Shown here: one piece after another, positions 28,147-37,023 of the stretch
How positions within the stretch are numbered: the first letter of the stretch is position 1
How the letters are laid out: each line of letters starts with the position of its first letter
DNA from: a virus
Lineage: Duplodnaviria > Heunggongvirae > Uroviricota > Caudoviricetes
Length of the DNA stretch: 64,000 nucleotides
Virus record (IMG/VR): IMGVR_UViG_3300021142_000006
Reading direction: 5' to 3' (one strand)
Notes under the pieces: model-generated
What the model saw: the letters and a program-made list of their open reading frames with translations, nothing else
Database searches by the model: none
What the model was told of the DNA's origin: nothing
Made by a program: the position numbers and the translations under genes

Positions 28147-29204
28147 TAAAAAAATATTACATGTCCATTATTCTTAACACTATTAATGTCACAATCAATA
28201 ATTCTTTCACCGTAACCAGATATATTTAATTTAACCTGTTTTATATCATTAGATAACAATACATGATAATAAGCGTTTATATCCAATTGTACAGTATTAA
28301 CAAAATTATCATCATAAAATATATCAATATTGTAATTGATACCACCGTTTGGCATATATGCGGTTTTATTAAGAAGGATAAGTATTTTTTTGTTGTTATC
28401 ATTTGGCGCTCTCACAACAGTAAAAAACGTATTTATCAAATTCTTCTCACTAAATCTTCTATTCATTTGACCGAACTCCATCAAAGAATTATTTTCATTA
28501 TTCTTTATAAGATTCGTATAGCTGTCATGACAATCATAAACTAAATGATCATATTGTTCAAAAAATCTATAATAAACGTATTCGTATGGTTTATGAAAAT
28601 GATAGGTTTTCGATACCTGAACATCATACCATTCATCCTTCATATGTGGTAATGTCAACGAATTACATAAGAAATTAATATCAGCAAAAAAGAATGCAGT
28701 ACACATCATAGGCAATTCTTCAGACATCATACCTTTCCACGCCGCAAATTTATAACCATTTCTAAGTGCATTCATATTTTCATTTAAAAAATAAAAACTA
28801 CCATCTTTAAATATATTATCATCTTCTGTATATATTGCTCGTTTGTAATTCAATATTTTTGCCATATTGAAACCCAATTTAATATTTTTTGTTATAGTTG
28901 AGTTTACAGTGGGCCAATAAAAATTAAATAATGCATTACCTATAATTTCATGATCTAAAGCAAGGTCTGTTAATCCAGCTTCATACATTTTGCATGAGTA
29001 ATCTTTTTCAATCCTTTCATTATCTGTATTCACAATATAATAATCGATTGTTGGTAATATATGTTGAGGTATATCGCACCCACTAACAACAAGTATCGGT
29101 AAATTTAATTTACTGAAATAGTGAATTTGTTTTTCTAACATCTCCACCTTATCCGAACTATTTGGAATAGCATTTATAATAACAATCTCTTCTTTAGATT
29201 TCAT
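28146..29204 (-). CDS. hypothetical (glycosyltransferase-like) protein
   Basis: TEDDN motif; lies in the glycan island. Confidence 0.5.
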   Translation of the reverse strand: MKSKEEIVIINAIPNSSDKVEMLEKQIHYFSKLNLPILVVSGCDIPQHILPTIDYYIVNTDNERIEKDYSCKMYEAGLTDLALDHEIIGNALFNFYWPTVNSTITKNIKLGFNMAKILNYKRAIYTEDDNIFKDGSFYFLNENMNALRNGYKFAAWKGMMSEELPMMCTAFFFADINFLCNSLTLPHMKDEWYDVQVSKTYHFHKPYEYVYYRFFEQYDHLVYDCHDSYTNLIKNNENNSLMEFGQMNRRFSEKNLINTFFTVVRAPNDNNKKILILLNKTAYMPNGGINYNIDIFYDDNFVNTVQLDINAYYHVLLSNDIKQVKLNISGYGERIIDCDINSVKNNGHVIFF

Positions 29205-30165
29205 AATAATCGAACCAATATTTAATCATTTCATCTAACATGGATTCGAAGGTATAATTTGGTTTCCAGTTAGTTTTATCTCTTAATTTACTTGAGTCAC
29301 CTTTTAAGTCATTTAATTCCTCATAACGCAAGAATTTTGGGTCTTGTACAACATGCTGTTCCCAATCCAATCCAAGTGAGCCAAACACATATTCAACAAG
29401 ATCTTTCACTGAATGTGATACCCCTGTTGCACAAACAAAATCATCAGCTTCATCTTGTTGCAATATTAACCACATAGCTTCAACATAATCCTTTGCGTGT
29501 CCCCAATCTCTTGTTGCATTCAAATTCCCCAAATAAAGTTTATCGATTAAACCAAGTTTGATTTTAACAGCTTCTTTACAGACTTTATTTGTTACAAAAT
29601 TTGTTCCCCTTCTTGGTGATTCATGATTGAATAAAATACCGTTGGAAATAAACATATTATAGGAATTCCTATAATTGTGGCATATATTATGAGCAAATAA
29701 TTTTGAACATCCATATGGTGATACTGGAACCATTTTGGTTGTTTCTCTTTGGTACCCATCTGAGTCTATACTATTACCAAACATTTCTGAAGAAGATGCC
29801 TGATATATCTTACATTTTAAACCCAATAATCTTGCCGCTTCAATAACATTTAAAGCACCAATACCAGTAACCATAGACGTATGAATAGGTTGATCAAAAG
29901 ATATTCTTACATCTGATTGCGCTGCGAGATTATATATTTCATCTGGTTGTATTTCTTTAAGTACGTTTATTAACGAACTTAAATCCACAAGATCAACATA
30001 ATAAAATTTTATTTTGTCTTGTATATTATCAATTCGACCAATTTCACTTTCTTTGATAGAACTTCTTTTTCTTGTACCATGTACTTCATATCCTTTGGAT
30101 AAAAGTAATTCAGCTAAATATGAACCATCTTGTCCGTTTATACCTGTTATAAAAGCTTTTTTCAT
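29194..30165 (-). CDS. gmd: GDP-mannose 4,6-dehydratase
   Basis: ITGINGQDGSYLAE, YNLAAQSDV, YQASSSEMFG, SPYGCSK, FNHESPRRG, RDWGHAKDYV. Confidence 0.95.
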   Translation of the reverse strand: MKKAFITGINGQDGSYLAELLLSKGYEVHGTRKRSSIKESEIGRIDNIQDKIKFYYVDLVDLSSLINVLKEIQPDEIYNLAAQSDVRISFDQPIHTSMVTGIGALNVIEAARLLGLKCKIYQASSSEMFGNSIDSDGYQRETTKMVPVSPYGCSKLFAHNICHNYRNSYNMFISNGILFNHESPRRGTNFVTNKVCKEAVKIKLGLIDKLYLGNLNATRDWGHAKDYVEAMWLILQQDEADDFVCATGVSHSVKDLVEYVFGSLGLDWEQHVVQDPKFLRYEELNDLKGDSSKLRDKTNWKPNYTFESMLDEMIKYWFDYYEI

Positions 30166-30184
30166 TAGTTAATTTTAAAGTATA

Positions 30185-31399
30185 TTATTTTCCTATGATT
30201 TCAAATTTAGGACATGGTACAATAAATTTACCACCACGATTAAGAAATTCCTTTTCTCTGCCTACAAATTCATTAATAAAATGCCATGGTAGTACCAAAA
30301 GATAATCTGGTTTAGCTTCTCTCATTTCATCCTCAGATATAATTGGTATATTAGTACCAACTGTCTTCAAACCATATTTATAAGGACTTCTTTCTGCAAT
30401 GGCTGTTATTAATGTGTGATCCAAACCAAAGTATTGTAATAACGTATTTCCTTTGGTTGATGCGCCATAACCATAGACTGTTTTACCTTTTGCTATCTCA
30501 CCTTTGATGAATGATACTGTCTGCTCTTTCAAATTATCAATATCTTTCTGATATTGTTTCCAAACTTCAGGGGATTCAATATTAATGATATTTTCATAAT
30601 TTAAAATAGACTGAATTCTATAATTACAAACATCTCTTAATGGTGCTGTACCGAATGATGTTATAGCAGCTTTATCTTTTTGAACATAAACTCTGAAACT
30701 ACCGCCATTTACATCATTCAATTCACAATCAACAATTTTCAGATTATGTTTAGCAAATAAATTTTGGATGGTTCTTAAAGAGTAATAATATCTATGTTCA
30801 TGACATATATTGTCAAAAGCCAATTGTTCAATCATAAGCGGCGTGTAACTCATTTGTAACACCCACAAACCATTATCATCAAGAATTTTATTGATATCTT
30901 CAATAAAGGGATTTGGATCCGATAAATCATAGAACATTGCTATCGTTGTAATAACTTTACATTTTTGGTCACCATAACCTGTTTTTTGATAACTGTTATA
31001 GTTAAAGTAATCTTGAACAACAACACCATATTTACATGCCTCATTGTAAAATGAATCGTCACATGGGTCAATACCAAGTCTAACAAAATCATATGGTATT
31101 TGTCTTAACATCGTACCATCGTTACAAGCAATGTCTAACCATATATCACCTGGCTGATATTTAATTCTTGATGTGATTTCATTAACAATATTACCAAGTT
31201 CTTTAGTCATTGTTGCATTGATACCTGATCTATACCAATACTTTCCCCACATACTATCATCTGGCGCATCTTCAACTAATCTAACAGCACCTGTGCTTTG
31301 TTCAATCTGCAAATCAAGACTATATTTTTTTCTGTCAGCATCATCAGATGTTATGAAATCTGAAACACAATGATCACCTAATATTAAAACCTTATCCAT
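30185..31399 (-). CDS. NDP-hexose C-methyltransferase
   Basis: LDIACNDG, FDNICHEH, DVNGGSFR, YGASTKGNTLLQ, VLPWHF, GGKFIVPCP. Confidence 0.85.
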   Translation of the reverse strand: MDKVLILGDHCVSDFITSDDADRKKYSLDLQIEQSTGAVRLVEDAPDDSMWGKYWYRSGINATMTKELGNIVNEITSRIKYQPGDIWLDIACNDGTMLRQIPYDFVRLGIDPCDDSFYNEACKYGVVVQDYFNYNSYQKTGYGDQKCKVITTIAMFYDLSDPNPFIEDINKILDDNGLWVLQMSYTPLMIEQLAFDNICHEHRYYYSLRTIQNLFAKHNLKIVDCELNDVNGGSFRVYVQKDKAAITSFGTAPLRDVCNYRIQSILNYENIINIESPEVWKQYQKDIDNLKEQTVSFIKGEIAKGKTVYGYGASTKGNTLLQYFGLDHTLITAIAERSPYKYGLKTVGTNIPIISEDEMREAKPDYLLVLPWHFINEFVGREKEFLNRGGKFIVPCPKFEIIGK

Positions 31400-31751
31400 A
31401 ATTTTTAACTTCTATAAAATTCGAATTATATTTATTATTTATTTTTTGTTTAATTTTGAATCTTTTTTCATTGTTATCATGAGATAACTTACTGTAATAC
31501 AGATAATCCGAATCATTCAAATTGGATCTTACCATATCTTCAGAATCCCATATTTTTTTATTTATTTCCAAAAGTTCATTGAATTCTTCAGATGATGTTG
31601 ACATCTTTAAATCATTTTCAACAATACCTAAAATATAGTCATATTCTTTAGATAAATCAATAAGCTTTTTGGGGTCTTGGATTCTTTCTTTTTTAATTGT
31701 TAAAATTGTTAACTTATCAACAATCTCACCGTGTGAAACCTCTATTTTCAT
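31392..31751 (-). CDS. conserved hypothetical protein
   Basis: GEIVDKLTILTIK...NEKRFKIKQKIN...EVKNY. Confidence 0.7.
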   Translation of the reverse strand: MKIEVSHGEIVDKLTILTIKKERIQDPKKLIDLSKEYDYILGIVENDLKMSTSSEEFNELLEINKKIWDSEDMVRSNLNDSDYLYYSKLSHDNNEKRFKIKQKINNKYNSNFIEVKNYG

Positions 31752-32374
31752 AATTTACCTTTAATTATCCATAATCTTCTTGAGAAAGCGTCAAATTGAT
31801 TACTGTTTCTATCAACCCAATCATAATGATGACAATCACCATTTAATGATGAATCAGAAAATTTTTCAAATTTAACATCACACTCATTTAATATATTTTC
31901 AACATATGATGTTGATGGCGTACCAGCTGTTGATTGTAAAGCCTGATCTATACCTTGTTCATTCCTAAAATATAAAACTGGCTGGGAATTATCAAATATA
32001 ACAGTTTCAAAAAACATAAGTTTACTGTTATTAATACAATTGATCAAATGTTGTCTATGATAATTTGTAAGATGATAATATAAACCAAAATTTATAATAA
32101 TGTCCCACTCACCATAATTCCAGTTTGGTGAATCCAAATCACCTTGTTCAACAATCAAGTTTGGATAATTTGAACGAATATTATCAACATTTTCTTTTCT
32201 CCCTTCTACAATCTTTACATAGGCACCCTTTTTAGCAAATTGCGCACCAATATAACCATTAAATGCACCCAATTCTAAAATTCTCTTACCAACAAAATAA
32301 TTTTCTGGATATTGGGAAAATATGAAATTGAGTCTGGCATTTTGCCAACCAGCATGATAATTACTTACTTCCAT
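31748..32374 (-). CDS. class I SAM-dependent methyltransferase
   Basis: ILELGAFNG..VEGR..GLYYH. Confidence 0.8.
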   Translation of the reverse strand: MEVSNYHAGWQNARLNFIFSQYPENYFVGKRILELGAFNGYIGAQFAKKGAYVKIVEGRKENVDNIRSNYPNLIVEQGDLDSPNWNYGEWDIIINFGLYYHLTNYHRQHLINCINNSKLMFFETVIFDNSQPVLYFRNEQGIDQALQSTAGTPSTSYVENILNECDVKFEKFSDSSLNGDCHHYDWVDRNSNQFDAFSRRLWIIKGKL

Positions 32375-32552
32375 AATTTTCTAAATAATATTTAAGATCT
32401 TCTGGTGTACCCAACACCACCTTCATAAAATTTTGTATGAAAAGCGATTTATTTATACTGCGCTGTTTACACAGCTTATTGAAGCTTCTTAACGTTTCTT
32501 CGTCAACACTAAAAGAAACTAATTTTTTATTTTTTGTTTTGTGTGCTCCCAT
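32361..32552 (-). CDS. ribbon-helix-helix DNA-binding protein
   Basis: VSFSVDEETLRSFNKLCKQRSINKSLFI. Confidence 0.6.
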   Translation of the reverse strand: MGAHKTKNKKLVSFSVDEETLRSFNKLCKQRSINKSLFIQNFMKVVLGTPEDLKYYLENYGSK

Positions 32553-32624
32553 ATATTTTTAAAATTTCATCAATCGTTTTATACCCAATACTTTTAAACC
32601 AAAATAAAAAATGAAAATTATTTC

Positions 32625-33992
32625 TCATTTATTGTAATTGTTAAGATAATAGACTAAAGAATCAGGATCCCCCAACCCCCACATTTCAGATGCCTCATAT
32701 ATTCTTATTTTTTTACCATCTCCAATCGCTTGATTAAAGACTGGACATACATAAAATTCATTATTCACACGTATGTTTTTTTCTATCATCTGTTCAGCAT
32801 ATTTGACAAAATCAGACCCATGTTTCCAATAATAATATCCAACAGTTGCATTATCAGATATCGGATTTTTTTCCGCTACTTCTGTTACAAAACCATTTTC
32901 ATCAACTTTTGCAAAAGACCATTTAGGGTGTATAGCTTTGAATATTACAATACCACCATCAGAGTCGGTTTCATTCATTTTATACATAAATTCATTAGAA
33001 TCCCATTCAACAAATTGGTCTGAATTAGCAAAGAACAATGGAGCGTCATTATTAATGTGTTCTTTTGCTAAAAGAGCAGTACATGCAGCTCCTTCAGTCA
33101 TACCATCAGTTTCAACAATTTTGCAACCTGGTGTAATTAAATTTAGTAATGTGTCAAGATTATATTTTTCTCTATGTTTCTTTTGAACCACATATATGAA
33201 ATTGGCATCTATATTTAAATTCTCAACAACCACTTGAATCATTGGTTTATTTTTGATGTCAATCAATGGTTTGGGAAATGTATAACCAGCTTGTTCAAAT
33301 CTACTACCAGCGCCAGCCATAGGTATCAATACATTTAATTTGGAATCTTTCCATTTAGGTATATTCATATTTTTATTGATTTTATTTATTGTATTAATTA
33401 TTGTGGAGCGTTTTACTTCTTTCGGATTTTTTACTCTTAACATATTTGCGCCACTTCTCGATGCTGCAAGTAAACCATATGGTGAATCCTCAATTATAAG
33501 AGTTTCTTCTGGTAATACTTTAAATTTTGACATAGCATTCCAATACATTTCAGGGTGTGGTTTGCTATTCAAAACATCTTCATTTGATATGAATAAATCA
33601 AAGTATTTGATAATATCTAATTTATCCAAAATTGTAATTATGGTTTTTCTAATACTATTTGAACAACAAGCAATTTTATAACCGTTTCTTGATAATTTAA
33701 GTATTGTACCCCTTAAAGAGGTGTCAACTTTTAAATTATCTAACATCTCAAGAGTAAATTTTTGCTTATTATCCCAAATTTCTTGATAATGAGATGTGGG
33801 CAAACCCTTTTCTTCCGTTAACATTTTTAGCTTTTGATCGGTTTTTAAACCATCATATTTACTTAAATGTTCTTGCCATGTAATCTCATATTTATATCCT
33901 ACCAACCTCAAAGCTTTATTAAGTGCTTCAAAATGTAAATTTTTGGTCTCAATTAAAACACCATCAAGGTCAAATATTATTAGCTTTATCAT
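32625..33992 (-). CDS. HAD phosphatase fused to sugar-nucleotidyltransferase
   Basis: FDLDGVL..KPHP..EDS, then LIPMAGAGSRF..PKPLI..NSDQ. Confidence 0.88.
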   Translation of the reverse strand: MIKLIIFDLDGVLIETKNLHFEALNKALRLVGYKYEITWQEHLSKYDGLKTDQKLKMLTEEKGLPTSHYQEIWDNKQKFTLEMLDNLKVDTSLRGTILKLSRNGYKIACCSNSIRKTIITILDKLDIIKYFDLFISNEDVLNSKPHPEMYWNAMSKFKVLPEETLIIEDSPYGLLAASRSGANMLRVKNPKEVKRSTIINTINKINKNMNIPKWKDSKLNVLIPMAGAGSRFEQAGYTFPKPLIDIKNKPMIQVVVENLNIDANFIYVVQKKHREKYNLDTLLNLITPGCKIVETDGMTEGAACTALLAKEHINNDAPLFFANSDQFVEWDSNEFMYKMNETDSDGGIVIFKAIHPKWSFAKVDENGFVTEVAEKNPISDNATVGYYYWKHGSDFVKYAEQMIEKNIRVNNEFYVCPVFNQAIGDGKKIRIYEASEMWGLGDPDSLVYYLNNYNK

Positions 33993-34747
33993 TGTTGCCA
34001 GTATCCTTCATGTATTATTGTTTCATCCGCAGCTACTTGTCTAACTAATCCATTCAAAATATGATTGACTTGAATTGGGTAATCCTTATTGAATGTAATA
34101 TCAAAATTGTTGATAAAAGGAACATTCAAATTTAAACTTTCAATATAATATCTTAATATATCTTCTCCATTTTCAAATGTGGCGAGATAATCAGGTTCTT
34201 GATGTATAAACCAATTATAACAATCACATATAGCATCCATAATGTGTGATCTTCCAGCAAAAAATAAATCAATCATTCTATTTTTTGAACAGACCAAATA
34301 CAAATAATCCTTATTAATATTGAATTGATTTATCTTAATATCAAATCTACTTCTAATAACAAAATCATACTTGAAATTATTGAGATATTCATATTTTTTC
34401 TTTAATGTATTAGCTCGATATATGCGGTAAAACATCATTCCAATATGTTCCATTTTGCAATTTCTTGTTGTTCTTACTCCAACATATCTTTGCATTTCTT
34501 TTGGATATATTTTATCATCAAGAAATTCATACAATTTAGGCTTATATAAATTTATGATATCGGTTTTATCAACATAATCGGTTACCAAATTATCCATAAA
34601 GTGGTATGCCACATATTCTGGTGTATTTTGATTCGGTAAACCAGATTGTTCACATGAAGAAATAAAAACATCAGCATCCAAGTCAAAATTTGGATAATTG
34701 TGTTTATAATTTCTGCTATGTCCAGATAAACAAACAGCTACTTTCAT
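33989..34747 (-). CDS. hypothetical protein of the glycan island
   Basis: KVAVCLSGHSR..YDFVIRSRFD. Confidence 0.6.
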   Translation of the reverse strand: MKVAVCLSGHSRNYKHNYPNFDLDADVFISSCEQSGLPNQNTPEYVAYHFMDNLVTDYVDKTDIINLYKPKLYEFLDDKIYPKEMQRYVGVRTTRNCKMEHIGMMFYRIYRANTLKKKYEYLNNFKYDFVIRSRFDIKINQFNINKDYLYLVCSKNRMIDLFFAGRSHIMDAICDCYNWFIHQEPDYLATFENGEDILRYYIESLNLNVPFINNFDITFNKDYPIQVNHILNGLVRQVAADETIIHEGYWQQ

Positions 34748-35208
34748 TAATTATTATTAATTTTTTCTTGTTCGATTTCTAATGGTGTTAATAAGCCACG
34801 GCCATATTTAGCCATTCTATTATTATATCTTGTCTTTACTTTCTCTGATATTGGTAATGGTATACCCTCTTCATCTATACGAACAAATTTTATATGTGTT
34901 TGAGTAACAATGTCTTGATTTCCAGTATATACATTGTGCTTTCTAACCTCAATATATAAGGTCACAGATGTATTACCGAATTCTGTAACCTCACCATAAA
35001 TTTTTATCAAATTACCTATCTTAACAGGTTTTTTGAATGTTAATTCATCTATTTTTAACGTTACAATTTTAGGAGTGTCGCATATTTGCATAGCATATGC
35101 AGCCGAAGCATCATCAATTAGTGACATCATAACGCCACCAAACATATTATCAGAAATTCCTATTTCAAAGGCTTTAACAAGATGCGTAGATATTAATTCC
35201 ATATACAC
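34747..35208 (-). CDS. hotdog-fold acyl-CoA thioesterase
   Basis: NMFGGVMMSLID...FKKPVKIGNLI...FVRIDEEG. Confidence 0.85.
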   Translation of the reverse strand: MYMELISTHLVKAFEIGISDNMFGGVMMSLIDDASAAYAMQICDTPKIVTLKIDELTFKKPVKIGNLIKIYGEVTEFGNTSVTLYIEVRKHNVYTGNQDIVTQTHIKFVRIDEEGIPLPISEKVKTRYNNRMAKYGRGLLTPLEIEQEKINNN

Positions 35209-35250
35209 AATAGTAATAAATTATCGTGTAAAAGACAAGTAAATATAAAC

Positions 35251-35278
35251 AAAAAAAGGTACCAATTTGGTACCTTTT
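35251..35278 (-). terminator. terminator downstream of tmRNA
   Basis: AAAAGGUACCA/UGGUACCUUUU plus U-tract. Confidence 0.75.
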
Positions 35279-35287
35279 ACACTGTAG

Positions 35288-35734
35288 AGGAGCTATTCGG
35301 AATCGAACCGAAGTCTTTTTAGTCATCGTTTGAAAATCATTCACAAGTTTATCTTAGTTTTCTAACCAAGAGAAATATCAAGATCCATTTACCCAGGACT
35401 ACTTGCGTGAGGATAATAATTTTTAGACTCTGTATTAAAGAGTTCTGATTTATTGCCCAGTAACGACCCAAACCAGAAAAGACCGAACCCATTATTATTT
35501 TACACCCATGAGTTAAGGGATTAAGCAGGTTTTTTCCCTGTTGTTAGCTTACGCTAATTCAAGATCTGCAATCTCAACAGCCTGACCGTCAAACACAATG
35601 TTTCCGTCAGCATCAATATAGCTTGCGCCGATATTGTCATTTAGTTTTCACATAGAGTATTTAAAGTGCTTCCAATGTTAACACTACTTGCATCAATTCA
35701 AAGAACATCCTAAAAATCAAAGCCAGGTAGCCCC
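35288..35734 (-). ncRNA. ssrA: tmRNA
   Basis: GGGGCUA/UAGCUCC acceptor with G3.U, T arm UUCGG-UUCGAUU-CCGAA, internal reading frame 35549..35641 (NDNIGAS...ADLELA*). Confidence 0.85.
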
Positions 35735-35800
35735 ATGATTTATAATTATTTACAAAAATAATAAAAGTTTTTCAAACTTCCAAATTTATTTAAATAATTG

Positions 35801-35886
35801 TGCGACTGAAGGGAGTCGAACCCTCACGAACCTTACGGCTCATTGGTTTTTAAGACCAACCTGGTTACCAGTTACAGCACAGTCGC
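35801..35886 (-). tRNA. tRNA-Leu(UAA)
   Basis: GCGACUG/CAGUCGC, loop CUUAAAA, long variable arm. Confidence 0.92.
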
Positions 35887-35890
35887 ATTT

Positions 35891-35918
35891 TGCATGTCTA
35901 CCATTCCATCACCGAGGC
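35891..35918 (-). pseudogene. 5' fragment of another tRNA-Leu
   Basis: GCCUCGGUGAUGGAAUGGUAGACAUGCA = acceptor 5' strand plus Leu-type D arm, cut off before the anticodon. Confidence 0.7.
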
Positions 35919-35928
35919 ATTTATGTTA

Positions 35929-35959
35929 CAAAAGTAATAAACTTTTTTGAAAAAACAAA
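35929..35959 (-). promoter_or_regulatory. Bacteroidetes-type promoter inside array 2
   Basis: TTTG-N19-TACTTTTG. Confidence 0.7.
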
Positions 35960-35963
35960 AAAT

Positions 35964-36167
35964 TTAAGGTTTATTTTGTTCATTGAAAAATTTTATCCAG
36001 ATTTTAAAAAAAGCATGTGCTTTTCGTTTCATATCTAATTCATTTTTTGCTGAAAAATACGAATTGATTTCAGGCAAATAACAAGAAATCAAGCCATCTT
36101 TATTAGATGTATATTTGATTTCAAATGGTATATCTGTTGTTATAGATTTTTCATATTTGTTTACCAT
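35964..36167 (-). CDS. hypothetical protein inside array 2
   Basis: 67-aa ORF. Confidence 0.5.
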   Translation of the reverse strand: MVNKYEKSITTDIPFEIKYTSNKDGLISCYLPEINSYFSAKNELDMKRKAHAFFKIWIKFFNEQNKP

Positions 36168-36177
36168 AAAAAATTTT

Positions 36178-36252
36178 TGGTTGCTCCACCCAGAATCGAA
36201 CTGGATTTTCTTGAGTATCAGTCAAGCGTTATAACCATTCTACTATGGAGCA
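36178..36252 (-). tRNA. tRNA-Ile(GAU)
   Basis: UGCUCCA/UGGAGCA, loop CUGAUAC, CCA encoded. Confidence 0.9.
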
Positions 36253-36261
36253 ATATTTGTG

Positions 36262-36333
36262 TAGTTACGTCAAGATTCGAACTTGAATTAACAGGGTCAA
36301 AACCTGTTGTGCTAACCGTTGCACCACGTAACT
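36262..36333 (-). tRNA. tRNA-Gln(UUG)
   Basis: AGUUACG/CGUAACU, loop UUUUGAC. Confidence 0.88.
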
Positions 36334-36355
36334 ATCTAAGACTATAATTCCCTTG

Positions 36356-36429
36356 TAGTCCAAGAGGGATTCGAACCCTCACTGTATAGTTTCTAAAACT
36401 ATTGCCTCTCCCATTTGGGCTACTGAACC
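36356..36429 (-). tRNA. tRNA-Leu(UAG), short variable loop
   Basis: AUAGU-UUUAGAA-ACUAU. Confidence 0.82.
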
Positions 36430-36435
36430 ATTATG

Positions 36436-36517
36436 TGACTCTGGTCGGACTCGAACCGACACGTCCTAAAACACTGGCTTCTTAGACCAGCCTGGCTACC
36501 AATTACAGCACAGAGCC
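36436..36517 (-). tRNA. tRNA-Leu(AAG)
   Basis: CUGGU-CUAAGAA-GCCAG, long variable arm, Leu-type D arm. Confidence 0.87.
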
Positions 36518-36526
36518 ATTATATTG

Positions 36527-36600
36527 TGACTATGGAAAGATTCGAACTTTCAACCCCTCCGTCCGTAGCGGAGTGCGCTAATCCGTTGCGCCACATAGCC
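36527..36600 (-). tRNA. tRNA-Arg(ACG)
   Basis: GGCUAUG/CAUAGUC, loop CUACGGA. Confidence 0.92.
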
Positions 36601-36602
36601 GT

Positions 36603-36640
36603 AAAATAAAAAACCCCAGATCGCTTTGCGTACTGGGGCT
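36603..36640 (-). terminator. attenuator terminator of tRNA array 2
   Basis: GCCCCAG/CUGGGGU stem plus U-tract about 10 nt before tRNA-Arg. Confidence 0.85.
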
Positions 36641-36668
36641 TAAGTTTTCCTTTCTTAATTCTTCTATG

Positions 36669-36758
36669 TTATGAAAAAGTTTTAACAATAGATGCCCCAT
36701 CTCTTAAAATTAAGAGTTGTAACTGTTGTAGGCGAATAATGTTATTAACGTTTTTCAT
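36669..36758 (-). CDS. leader peptide 2 (29 aa, MKNVNNIIRLQQLQLLILRDGASIVKTFS)
   Basis: hand-translated; contains UGGGGC, complementary to the terminator 5' arm. Confidence 0.82.
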   Translation of the reverse strand: MKNVNNIIRLQQLQLLILRDGASIVKTFS

Positions 36759-36971
36759 TTTAAAATATTTTATGCTTTTATATAAATATGTTCTTTTTTT
36801 AAAAAAAATCGGAATAATGTTTTTTTCTTATTTAGCAAGGTTTAAATGCTGAAATTATTCCCTTTATAAAATACGGATTGCTTTTTTTTGACGTTTTAAA
36901 TTGGAAGTTTAAATTGGAAGTTTAAATTGATAAAAATTTGCTGTAGGCAATCCCATTATTTCAATATAGTA

Positions 36972-37003
36972 CAAAAGTAATAAACAATTTTTAAAAAAAC
37001 AAG
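36972..37003 (-). promoter_or_regulatory. Bacteroidetes-type promoter for leader/array 2
   Basis: CTTG-N20-TACTTTTG. Confidence 0.7.
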
Positions 37004-37023
37004 TTTTTTCTCAAAAATTTTTT

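Noticed and set aside
36901-36927. 13-nt tandem repeat ttggaagtttaaa x2
   Set aside because: It is a local duplication in the variable part of a motif copy; no independent significance is evident.
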